A stretch of 64,000 nucleotides of DNA from Rhizaria sp. SCN 62-66 (Eukaryota): positions 1 through 64,000 of the forward strand of contig MEDY01000136.1 of the NCBI GenBank assembly GCA_001724265.1, given 5' to 3'. The position numbers were made by a program, and so were the translations under genes. Position 1 is the first letter of the stretch; every line of letters starts with the position of its first letter. This document shows positions 37,001 through 48,400 of this stretch, one piece after another. The notes under the pieces are model-generated. The model had not been told where the DNA came from. It searched no databases and saw only the letters and a list, made by a program, of their open reading frames with translations.

Positions 37001-40000
37001 CGCCGCAACAGCAGCGCCTCAAGCGCGGGCGCCAGCGCGCCGGGCGGGAGCGTGAGCGCCACGGCCGCGTGCGGGCCCACCGCAGAGGGCGCCGCGCGCG
37101 CGACGACCGCGCCGGGCGCGTGGGTCAGCAGCGCCGCCAGCGGGGGCGCGCCGAGGGTCGCGTGGAGCCGTGCGACGGCCGAGGCAGCGAGCGCGAGGCG
37201 CGACGCGGTGACCGTGAGCAGGTCTTCCGCGGCGGAGCGCAGCGCGGCCTCGAGCGCGTCGGTGTTGACGTAGTCGGACGGGAGCAGCGAGAGCCGCGCG
37301 GGCAGCAGCGAGCGCAGCGGCAGCGACTGCGGCGGCGGCGGCAGCGGGAGCCCGGCCGTAAGCGAGCTGTACTTGGCCTCCGCGAGCCGTGTAAGCGCCC
37401 CCTTGGTGAACCGCACCCAGACGAACCCTGTGGTGCCGCTGCTCCCCTGCGCCGGTGCCGTCGCTGACTCGGAGGCGGAGGCCGCGGCGACGAACTCGGC
37501 CGCCGCGCGCGCGGACGCCGGAATGGCGACGCGGATAACCGTGAGCGCGCCTATGCGCGCGCCGTGCACGGGCAGCGCCGAGGCGGAGCCCGTGTATACC
37601 TCCCACTCTCCGGCCGCGACCGCGGCGGAGACGGCGGCGGGCACGGCGCCCGGTGCGGCGGTGCTAACGGTGGTGTCGGCCGTGATGGGGTCAAGGCCGC
37701 GCAGAAAGCTCGCCGGTAGCGGCTGCGAGGCATCAAAACTGTAGCAGAAGTCGAGCCGCGTTGGCAGCTTCGACGCGAGACTCGGCTGCACCGCGCAGCC
37801 GCTGCGCTCCCACAGCAGACGCGCCACGGCGTCCGTCGCGGCCGCAGACGCGGCCTACGGGGAGGCGCCCGCAGCGAGCGCGGCGTCGAGGGCCGCGTCG
37901 GCCGCAGCGGAGCGCTCGTCCATGGCGACCGCGTTGGCGCCCGCAGGCGCGCCGACAACGAGTACGTCGGGCGCGGAGGCCGCGGTCTCGGCGCTCCGGA
38001 CCGAGTCGAACAGCCATTGAGACAAGGCGGGTATGGCCGCGGCGGCGCGCGCGCAGGCGGCTGGCGGCAGACGAGCGAGAGCCGCAGCCACGTTAGCGTC
38101 CTGAACCAGCTCGTCGTGCGTGCGCGCGCGCAGCAACGGCATGAGCGCGGTCGCGGCGCGCGCCTCGGTGGGGAAATAGAGCAGGCACGACGAGAGGACG
38201 CGCGCGCACAGAGCGAGGTCCGTGTCGGCGGCGAGCAGCACGGTGTCCACGGCCGCCGTGACGTCGTAGGGCGGCGGCGGCAGCGGAAGCGCGTCGAGCA
38301 GCGCGTTCAGGTGCGGCAGAATGGTGGCGTAGCGAGCCAGCGGCGCATCCCATGCGGAGCACGCGTCGGATTCGTTCGCGTCCTCCTCCTCCCCGAGCGC
38401 GGCCATGCGCAGCCGCAGTTCGTCGTCAAAGCGGGCGCGGGTGCGAACGTTACATGCAGCGAACGCATCCGAGTTGATCTTTGCCTGGACTTCGATGTCG
38501 TCATTGTCACCGAGCATTTCCGCAGCGGTGGCGCTCAGCGCGGCGACGGCGCGGCACAGTGTGAACAGCACGGGCGGCGGCAACGCCCGGTGCAGAGGCT
38601 GCGGCAGCGCGCGCGCGATCGCCCGCAGCGTGAAGAGCAGCGGCGCCGCGGCAGCCAGCGTGGCCGCGCGGGCCGGAGCCGTCATGTAGGCAAAGCCGTC
38701 CTCGGAGACCATGGCGGCGACCGCGGGCGGCAGCTCGAGCACGGGCGCGACCACGCGCGCGCCCACGGCCTCGGCCGCGTTGAGCTCGCCCTGCTCGGGG
38801 GAAGACGCGGGCTCGGCGGCGCCGGGGCCCGCGCGCGCGAATGCCTGCAGCGCGGCGGAGGGCGCGGCGGGCAGGCGCGAGAGCAGCGACAGCGCCGACG
38901 CCAGCGCGAGCGAAGATCCGGGCTCAGCAGTGGTGGCAGCGGCCAAGCCATTTTGTCTGTTTGAAGTCAAGCTGGTCGGTAAAACACTCTATGTCGCTGC
39001 CTCTGGGTCCGTATCAGCTGCCGGGGCAGCAGCGGCCGCCACGGCCGGCTGCAGGCGCGCGAGAGCGCGGGAGAGCGTGACGGCCTCGTCGATGCGCTTG
39101 CTCGGAGTCGAAATCGCCCCTGTGCCGACGCGCCCCTTCGCAGGCGTGCCCGCTGGCGTGCTGACAGAGACGGAGTCGCGCGCGGCGGTGAGCGCGGCGA
39201 CCGAGGAGTCCCGCACGGCGCGGAGCCAGAGCGTGACGTCGCGCAGGTTGGCGCAGTCGTCGCGGTTGTAGGCGCGGATGTCCACGAGCGCGGAATGGCG
39301 CGCCCACGGCACCGCGCGGCCCAGCGCGCCGCTGCCGCTCACGGTCACCGTCGCAGCCACGTCGTGCGCGGCAGCAACGACTTCACCGGCGCACTCCTCG
39401 GGGCTCGCGAGTGGCGAGCTCTTGTTGCCGAAAAGAGCTGCAGTGGCGCCGATGCTGCTGTTGCTGTTACTGCTGCAGTGTGTGTTGTCGGGGTCGGGGT
39501 CGCCGCTGCGCAGCCGCGCGATGTAGTCGGCCAGCCAGTCTGCGTAAGCACGAATACTGTCTTCTGCATTGGCTACGTCGCCGCCGCGGCCCGCGCCGGA
39601 CACCGTCACCAGCGCGCCCTGCGCCGCCGCACTGCCAGTCGCAGACGCAGAGCAGGTCGCTGCGTCAACACGCGCGTTGACGGTGAGCGTGGTGTCGGCC
39701 CATTGCGCGAGCGAGGGCGCGTGGCCGGCGCGGAGCACCTTCTCGACGTTCTTGAGCGAGTACCGCGGCTCGCCGACCGCAATTGCGCGCGTGACGAGCG
39801 GGTACACGTCGACAAAGAGCCCGCGCGCAATGAGCCGCTCAACGGCCACGGTGACCTCGGGGCCCAGCGTCGCGCTGTGGCGCCGCGCCATGCGCCGCAG
39901 CGCCGTCAGCTCGTATGGTGCGTAGTGATATACGCGCGGCGGCAGCGGCGGCGCAGCGCCCTCGGCGCCCTGTGCGCCCTCGGTGCCGTGTGCGGCTGCG

Positions 40001-43000
40001 CTGGCGTCGCCGTTGTCAGTGGCTGAGGCGACTGCGGTGAGGAAGCGCAGCACAGCGGCGAACATGACGCCCTCCTGGGGCAGGCTGTGGGCCCACCAGT
40101 CCACGAACGTCAGCGCGTCCTCGGTCGCGCCCTGAGACTCGGACGAGAGCGCCTCCTGCGCCGCCGCGGGGGGGCGCGCGGCCGCGGGCAGCGACGACAC
40201 AGCGCCCTCGACGACGGCGCCGATCATGTAGTCGAGATGCTGCGTGCGCGATTCGGCGGAGCCCCACTGCACGGCGCCAGGCGCAGTCGCAGTGGCGTCA
40301 TCACGACCGCGGCAAGTGGCCGCGGCGGCGGCGGCAGCGCGCCCGGCGGCCTCGGCCTGCGCGAGGTCGTCGAACGCAGGGTTATATAGCGTGAATCCCT
40401 CCATGTCGAAGTACACGTCGCCCACAGAGCCGACAGCGCCGGTAGAGTCAGCAGTCTCAGGCGTGGTATCATCAGAAGAGGAGGAAGCAGGCGCGCCGCG
40501 GCCCGCGTGTGGCAGTACTGCGAAGCCGCCGAGGACCTCCTCGCCCGCCTCGGCCCCGCCGGCGCTGTCGTCAGTCGCCGCGCCCTGTCCGCCCGCGGCC
40601 GCGAGCCCGGTTGCCGCGGCCCACGGCCGCCGCACGTCGGCGGCGGGCAGCGGTGCGGCCGCGGCGGCCGCGGCGGCGGCGTCGGCCAGGGTCCAGACGG
40701 GCGGCAGTGCGAGTCCCGCAGAGACGGCGCGCGCGGTGGCCGCCGCGGCCGCAGGGGAGGCGGCGGCCAGCGCGGCCGCGAGCTCGGGGTAGCAGCGTGC
40801 GGCTGACAGGCTGCGGAGCGTAGCGCGCGCCTGCGCCGCGGTCACGTGCACGGGGGTCTCGACGGCGGACTTGTCGTCGCTCTTGGCCGTAACCGTGATG
40901 GCCGCGGCCGCCGCGCGCGGGCCCGCGGCGAGCAGCAGCAGCGCGGCGCGCAGCCGGGCGCGGGCCGCCGTGGCGACGTCGCGCGACAGCTGCTGCAGCG
41001 CCGCCTGCAGCGCCAGTGGCTGCAGCGTCGCCGCAGGCAGCCCGGCGACGAAGCCGCTGCCGGCGCTGTCCGCGAACAGTGCGCTGCCGTCATCGCCATC
41101 CTCCTCGTCGTCGAACTGCCGGTCGTCGCCAAAAGCGGCGTCGCGGTCGGGAGCGGGTGCGAGCCCTACCGCGGCCAGGAAGCGGCGCGTCCAGTGCTCC
41201 GGCTCGTCCTCGGTCTCGGTCACCGCGCTGACGTCGTCATTGTGGTCGTCATCGTGCTTCTCTGGCATGGACGACAACGACGATAGTGCGTGCGGCTCAG
41301 TCGCCAGGCAGCGCGTCATGAGCCTCGCAGCCCAGCCCAGCCGGACCGCGACGTACCCCGGCACGGCGGCGGCGCGCGGCAGCGGCGGGAACGCGGCGCA
41401 GTCAACGCCGAGCACGTCGAGCGCGGCGCGCGGCAAGTAGACCACGCGCGCGGCGTTGAAGAGCACGCCCAGCCGCGCGAGGCGCGCCGCCGTGGGGATG
41501 CCGGCCGCGGCGAGCTTCGTGGCGTGGCGCGCGGTGACGCCCGCGACGGCGGACACGCAGTCGCGGCGAGCGAGCACCCAGGCCGCCAGCGCGGCGTAGC
41601 TGGCGTGGTCGGCTGCCGATGTGGGCAGCGCGGGCGGCGCGCGCTCGGGGTGGAAGGACGCTGCGAACTCGCCGTACGAGGCCGCGAGCAGGCGCGCGCA
41701 GCCCAGCGCGTGCGCCAGCGGGAAGCGGTGCAGGCGGCCCGAGCCCAGCGCTACCACACCGTCGCGGAAGCGCACCGTGGGTGGCAGCTGCGCGCGCAGC
41801 ATCAGCGCGTAGAGCGCGATCTGCAGCATCGCGGCCGGCTTGACTTCCGAAGACAGTTTCGCGTCCCACACGTCGTACACGATCGTGCCGCAGTGCGGGC
41901 ATGGGCCGTTCGCGTGGTGACCGTGACTGTGACTCGAGGCTGTCGCATCATCCTCGGGGTTAGTCTTGTTGTTGGTACTGCTCTTAGCGTTGCCACTCTG
42001 CGTCGTGGCCGCGCAGTCGCAGGGCACGCGGACGAGGAAGTCGAAGATGCCGTAGCAGCGCACGCTCTCGACGGCGCCCAGCTCGAACTCGCTGCCCTCG
42101 GCAGACGACACCGACACGTCCGCAGCGGCCGCGGCGGCCGTCACCATCGTGTTGGCCTGCTTGATCAGCTTCGCGGGCGCCGACTCCTGCGGCAGGCCAG
42201 TCCGCGGCTCCGTCACCGCAGCGCCGCCCCCGCCGGCGGCGGCAGCGCTGCCGGCCGCTGTCGCGGGCGCGGGCGAGGAGGGCGGCGCGAAGTCGCAGCC
42301 GCCCGTGGCGCGGGTCCAGATGTCCGCCTCGACTGAGCCCTGGTAGATGACGGCGACGCCCGCGGCCACGGCGGTGAGCGTGCGTCGCAGCCGCTCCGCG
42401 CGCGGGGCCGCGGCCAACGTGAGGTCTAACACGCACCCGCCGCAGTCGCACGCCGCACTACTCGCGCTAGCGTTGTTGCGGAGGCACGTGCAGGAGCGTA
42501 CGAGGCCGTCAAGCACGTGCGCCTCGTGGAGCAGGCCGCGCTGCATGGCGAGCGTCATCGCGGGCGCCGCGGGCGACACGGCGCTGTGCACGCGCGCGTC
42601 AACGGTCGCGCACATCTTCATGTGCTCACCCCACGGCGACGCCGCGAACGCGCACAGGCGCGACGGCGACGTGAACACCACGGAGGGCCGCACGTAACGC
42701 GGGTAGCGCGCCAGCACGGGCGCGAGCGCGGGCGCGGCGGCCCCGGCCGCAGCAGACGCGTCCGCAGGGCCGGCGTCGCCGTCGCCGTCAGCAGCGGCGG
42801 CGCCAGCGTGCGCGGCGAGGTAGCCCTCGACGGCGGCGTGCAGCGGCGGGAATAGCGCAACGCAGGCGGCGCGGTCGCGCAGCACGGCCGTCCGGCCGCT
42901 GGGCAGGCGCACGAACTGCGGCGGCGTCGCCAGCCCGGCGGCCTCGGACTCAGTCGCGGTCCCGGCGCCATTGCCCGAGCCGACCTCGGCCTCGGTCTGG

Positions 43001-44625
43001 GCCTCATCGAGCGCGGCCGCGTGGGCGGCGTCGGCCGCGGCGGCGAACACGGAGGGCGCGAGAAAGGGGAACGGGTGCGACGGCAGCGCGGGCGGCGGCG
43101 GCAGCGGCGTCCGTGCCGGCAGCAGCGGCGCAGCGCCGACGTCGCCACCGTTCGCAGCGCTGGCGCTGGCGTTCGCAGGGCTGCTCTTGACCGCGGCGCT
43201 CTTGCCCTTAGGAGTCTTGGCCGCGGAAGCGGGAGTCTTGGCCGCGGAGGCGGGTGTTTTGGCCGCGCGCTTCGCCGCCGTGGCCAGGCTGCGAGCCGGG
43301 GAGCCGACTACAAATCCCGCCAGCGCGGGGAAAGCGGAGGAGGCGGCGGCAGTGCGGGCGGGAGATGCTAGAGCCGAGGCGGGGACTGGGGCGGGGGCGC
43401 GGAGTACGGCGAGGTCCACGGGGTCCTCCCAGCCCGAGCCAGCGCCCCGGCTGGCAGCGGCATCGGCAGCGTCAGCCACCGGGGTCGACGGAGACAGATC
43501 GGTCGCGTATGCGCGAGCGGGCGTGCTGTGCGCCAGCGAGCTCGCGACCGCCTGAGGCTGAGTGCGCAGAGCGGGCGTGTGCACTGGCGAGCGCACTGGC
43601 GAGCGCAGAGGGGCGCGCACCGGCACAGTGGTGATTGCGCGCCTCGCGGAGGGCATCGCTGCGTCGTAGGTCGCGGCGGAGTCAAACGGCAGCTCCCATC
43701 CGGAGCCACTGCCGCCGCTGCTGCCGGTCGCGTCCCTGCTGCCGGTCGCATCACTGTTGTTGGCCACGGTGCTGCTGCTCACGGCCACTCCGCCGCGGCT
43801 GCCGACAGGAGTGGGGGCGCCCACGGTCGCAACGGTCCGCGCGCGCGGGGGGCCGAAGATCGCGGACACAGGGGCCGGCCCGTTGTTGTTGCGCGGAGAG
43901 CCGGTGCTTGCACTCGGCTGAGCGGCAGCGGCAGGGACTGGGGCCTGCGGGCCGAGCGCGTCCGCGTCGAAGGGGAGCTCCCAGCCCGACGCTGCGCCCC
44001 GGGCGTCCTCGTCCTCGCCCTCGGGGTTGTAGGGCCGCTCCCATCCCGACTGCGCCGGGGTCCGCGGTGCAACAGGAGCGGGAGCGAGCGCGGGCGCAGT
44101 GCGGCGCAGCATCGCCGCAGCCGCGGGGCACCGGGACGCGACTGCAATGGTGGCGACAGCGGCCAGGGCCGCACCGGGCGCCGGCGCGGGCGCGGGCGTG
44201 TTGAACGCGGCGAGGTCGAGGGGCGTCTCCCAGCCGCTGGGCGAAGGCGAGCGCTCGGGGCGCTCCGCCGACGCGACAGACTGCTTAATAGCGCTGTCGC
44301 GGGCAGACGCGGGAGGAGGTGCGGGAAAGCCGCTGGGGGCGCCGGAGGGAAAGTTCACAGCGCCTGACGCGAGCGGGCGGTAGGCGTTCTTGCCGTAGAG
44401 GTAGGAGCCCGCGGGGACGCGCACTACGGGCTGGTGTGCGGGCACAGAGGTGGCAGGGGCCGGGACAGGGGCCGGGTGCCCGCCCACTGAGGGGAACACC
44501 GAGCGGCCTGGACCTCCGTCGGCGGACGCAGTGGCGACGTCAGAGTGCGCGGAGCCGGACATTGCGCTCGAAACAGAGCGGTTGACCGCCGTGGCAGCCA
44601 TTTGGGTGACCTTTCGGGCTTGCAT
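34033..44625 (-). CDS. TM0106-family RecB-like nuclease + RNase H-like domain + SF1 (DNA2/NAM7-type) helicase, apparently intronless, ~3530 aa; two in-frame TAG codons
   Basis: Three same-frame ORFs are joined across TAG at 38989-38991 and 37855-37857. N-half motifs: RGLLHE, GVAVIYQG, GIFDFL, WDAKL..KP..MLQIALY, GDVYFDMEG, YHYAPYE, YSLKNVE, YNRDDC. C-half motifs: QGPPGTGKT, EEAGQ, LVGDHRQL, HRMPP, SPYNAQV, GTVDRFQGQ, NVALSRA. Ends TGA. Confidence 0.8.
43211..43266 (-). repeat. Imperfect 21-bp coding tandem repeat (AAKTPAS x~3)
   Basis: AAKTPASAAKTPASAAKTP in the nuclease-helicase N-terminal extension. Confidence 0.75.
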
Positions 44626-44720
44626 GGCTCTGTGTCAGCAACAAGAGTGAGGGGTCACCACAAAAGAGTGCAAGGGTAAGTTTGCCTATCCGGATGAAGC
44701 AGTTAAAGGTTTGCAGTCAA

Positions 44721-44738
44721 TATATAATTTTCGCGAAA
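44721..44738. promoter_or_regulatory. TATA-like TATATAA next to palindromic TTTCGCGAAA (E2F-like) in a divergent promoter region
   Basis: The motifs lie ~100 bp upstream of the nuclease-helicase ATG. A similar TTTGGCGCGCCA is at 8706-8717, upstream of the giant gene. Function is inferred only. Confidence 0.3.
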
Positions 44739-45420
44739 TAGTGAAAATAAAATAAATTGTGTGTTGGTCGTGGTATTTCTTTGGTTAATGCGTTGTACAT
44801 GGAATGGTTTGAGTCCACAGAAGAACGCTCACCGACGAGTTCTATACTGTGGATTGGTCTCTCTGCACACAGTTGGTGTAGTTTTTGTTTTCTTCGCCAC
44901 CAGCAGTCTCGTCGACGACCGACCCAAACCGGTTCGCAGGTCCGCTAAATGAGCTGCGAGTCGGTTCTGTCCGCACGTATGTACTGATAACAAATAATAA
45001 CGGTAGATTAGCTGTTTATCTATCCGATATTTTGTATTTGTCATATATAACGGACACTTCCCTTCGGTGCAGCAACTCTCCGCTTCGTCATTACGCTCAC
45101 CCTCCTTCACCCGCTCGTTCACCCTTTCTCACTCCGCCTCACACTCCTGCCTGATGGTCTGCACGCGGCAACCCTCTGCAGCTTGTTTACCCTTGCGTTA
45201 GGCGTTGATACAGCGCACGCACGTCGACCCGACCGCCGCCGCTGCCGCCGCGCGCACCTCTGGAGACAGGTCGCTCGCAAACTTGCTGCGACCACTCCCC
45301 TTCTTCCAACTAAGAGGTCTCTCTCTTTTCCCACTTTCTCGCTCTCTCGCCTTTGCGCCCATCCCAGCCACGGCCACCGCGAGAGAGAGCGTGTCTTGCA
45401 CGCCCCGTAGCACCGACTCG

Positions 45421-48400
45421 ATGGCCTCCGTCTCCCGCGGGAGCGCCAGCCCGGCCCCATCGGCCAAGACGACGCCGTTCGTCACGCCACACGTCTCCGT
45501 CGCGGGCGCCGCGCAGGGCCTGGGCCAGCAGGGACGCACTTCGTACTCGCCGGCGCACGCGCACACGCGCGGGCACGAGGGCGTCGACCACGAGGCCGCG
45601 GCCGCGGCGGCCACGGCAGCCAACCCCCGCGTCGCTGCCGTGCTCGCGGCCAGCAGAGCCCGCGCCAGAGCCAACGCCGATGCCAACAACCCCAACGCCG
45701 GCGATAGAGACTGCGACGAGGACGATGCCGGCCGGGAGAACGGCGACCGCTACGCCGGCACCGTGGCCGCGCTGCAGCAGCAGCTCCAAGCCGAACTGTC
45801 ACTCTCACAATCCCTCTCACAGCCCCACACGCAGCCCCAGCCCCAGCCCCAGTCGCCGTCGCCGTCGCCGCCGCAGCAGAGAACGAGCACCTTGGCCGCA
45901 GCCGGCGCGCGGCCCAGTGTGCTTGCGGGCGTGCGCGGGAGCGTGGTGGGCGGCGGCGCCGTGCTGTCCGCGGCCGCGCGCGCGCTGGCCGGCGCGGGCG
46001 CGTACCCGCCGCAGTCGCTGTGCCCGCCCGTCGCGCCGCACGCCCACTCGCGCGACCGCCTCAGCGACCGGGACCGCGACCGGCCGGGCGCGCGCGACCG
46101 GGACGGCGCACTGCGGGGCGAGGATCTGGAGCGCGCGGACCGGGAGCGCAACGAGCGCGACCGCTGCCGCAGAGAGCAGGCCGTGCTCCGCCGCCTCAGC
46201 GCGAAGCCCCACAGTGGCCACAACAACAGCGGACACGGCAACGTGAGCAGCGCGGGCGACAGCAGCAGCGACCTCGCCGTTGCCGCGGCCGTTGGCGACG
46301 CGAACGGCGCGCTGATGAACTACTCCGACCAGGACGACGACGTCGAGGATAGCGACTACGAAAACGACGCCAAGGCAGTCGCTGAAGCTGTCGCCGCTGC
46401 GGAGGCTGCGGCGGCGGCCGCGGGTTTTTCCATTTGCGATGACGACGACGACCACAACGGCAATCAGAACTATCCGCCGCCGTCGCTCACGCTCAGCCTC
46501 AGCCACAGCAGCCACGGCCAAACGAGCCAGAGCCAAAGCCAGAGCCAGAGCCAGCGGCAGAGCGCCGTTGCAGGTGCGCGTGTGAGTGCGAGCGCGAACC
46601 CTCCGACGGTTCCACCGCGCCCCAACGTGAACGGCGCCAACACGGGCGCAAGCTCGAGCGCTAGCGCCAACAGCGACGTCAGCTTCGCGCTGCAGTCGCA
46701 GTCGACGCTCTCGGCCTCGTCGCCGTCGCTGTCCCCGTCGCAGCTCTCGCTCGCGGTCTCGGTGCCCGCCTCGGCGCCCGCCTCGGCCGCCGGCTCCGGT
46801 CCCAGCACCCCCCGCCTTGCCCATACTAGCGGCAACAACGCGGGGGCGGTGACTGCCGGTCTAGCCGTCCCTTCGGCGCGCGCCACGAACAACAGCTCGT
46901 TCACCACCAACTCGAGCCCCGGCACTGGTAGCGGCGGCGGCAACGGTGCAGCCCCCGCGGCGCCCCAGCTCTCGCCCGCCAGCAGCGGCCATAGCGCGGC
47001 CAGCGCGGCCGCGAGCGCAGGCTCCAGCTCGCTGTTCCGCCACCAAGCCGCCGCCGCCGCTGCCGTTACTGCCGCGGGCGCCGCGTCGTCGTCGCTGTCC
47101 CCGGTCGCGGGGTCGCCCCACGGGATCCCCGGCTCCGGCCCCGGCCCCAGCGCCGGCGCCGGCTCCGGCGTGAGTGTAAGTGCGAGCTCCGGCAAGAGCA
47201 AGGTGGTCCCGCACGCCGACGCGCGCGCGCGCAACGAGCTGCAGGCGACGGTGGCGCGGCACGAGCGGCGCGTGCCGCCTGCGGGCGGCGCCGAGTACAT
47301 CGCCTACGAGATCGCCGTCGCGCGGCCGCCGCTGCAGTGGGCCGTGTGGCGCCGCTATAGCGAGTTTCGCGAGCTCGACGCGCAGCTGCGCAAGCTCGAC
47401 GCCGTGCGCGGCGTGCGCTTGCCCGCGCTGCCCAGCCGCAAGATGTTCGGCAGCCTCAAGGAGTCATTCGTCGACCAGCGCAAGGCGCAGCTCACCGTCT
47501 ACTGGGACGAGCTGATGCTGCTCATCGACGTTGTCGGCTCCACCAAGCCCTTCCTGACCTTCATCGGTGCGCTCAGGGTGCCCGTTGAGCCCACCGCGGC
47601 GCTCGCGGAACTGCAAGTACGTCACAACTTCTGTCGTTGGATTAGAAGATATCTTGCAAATATGTGTGATTATAATTCTAGTAAAATAATACTATTCCAG
47701 AAAGAACTTCCAAATTCCCGCTCATCGCTTGCTCTCGATTTTTTATTCTCTTTCTTTCCAGGACCGCTTTGTGCGCATGCAGACGCTGTTGACGATCGCG
47801 CGCGAGGGCGACGTGGTGCTGTTTCAGACGGCGGGCCTGCTGCAGCGCCTACACCGCGGGCTACTGAGCACCGAGTACGACCACGTGGGAATCGTGATCC
47901 GCATCCCCGAGTTCTCGACCTCGCCGTCGTCGCTGTTCCTCATGGAGGCCACCACGGACGGCGTGCTCACCTACCCGCTGCGCCGCCGCCTGCTCGCCTG
48001 GTCCTCGTGCGGCGCGCACCTGGCCTACCGCTCGCTGCGCATGCCGCGCTCGCGCGCCACGGCGACGGCGCTGGCGGACTTCGTGCAGGCCAACGACGGC
48101 AAGCCCTACTCGTTCACGCCTGCCAAGCTGCTGCGCCGCGCCTCGCTCAACAACGAGCGCGGCGAGGCCGACGCCTTCTTCTGCTCGGAGCTCGTCGCCT
48201 CGGCGCTTAAGTCGGTCGGCGCGCTCGCGGACCCGCGGCCCAGCTCGTCGTACCTGCCCGCCTCGTTCGGTGCCAAGGCTGCCACGCCGCTGCTCATGGC
48301 CGAGGGCTGCTCTTTCGCCGACGAGGTCCTCATCGAAGTCAAGCCGCTCGAGGTCTACTTCGCCAAGGAGGTTGCCGAGTCCGGCTCCGGCATCGGCGTC

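Noticed and set aside
28301-38991. Pseudogenisation or sequencing error as the explanation for the internal stops
   Set aside because: Decay or error should also give TAA/TGA stops and frameshifts. All seven are TAG, most key motifs are intact, and TAG never ends a gene in this window.
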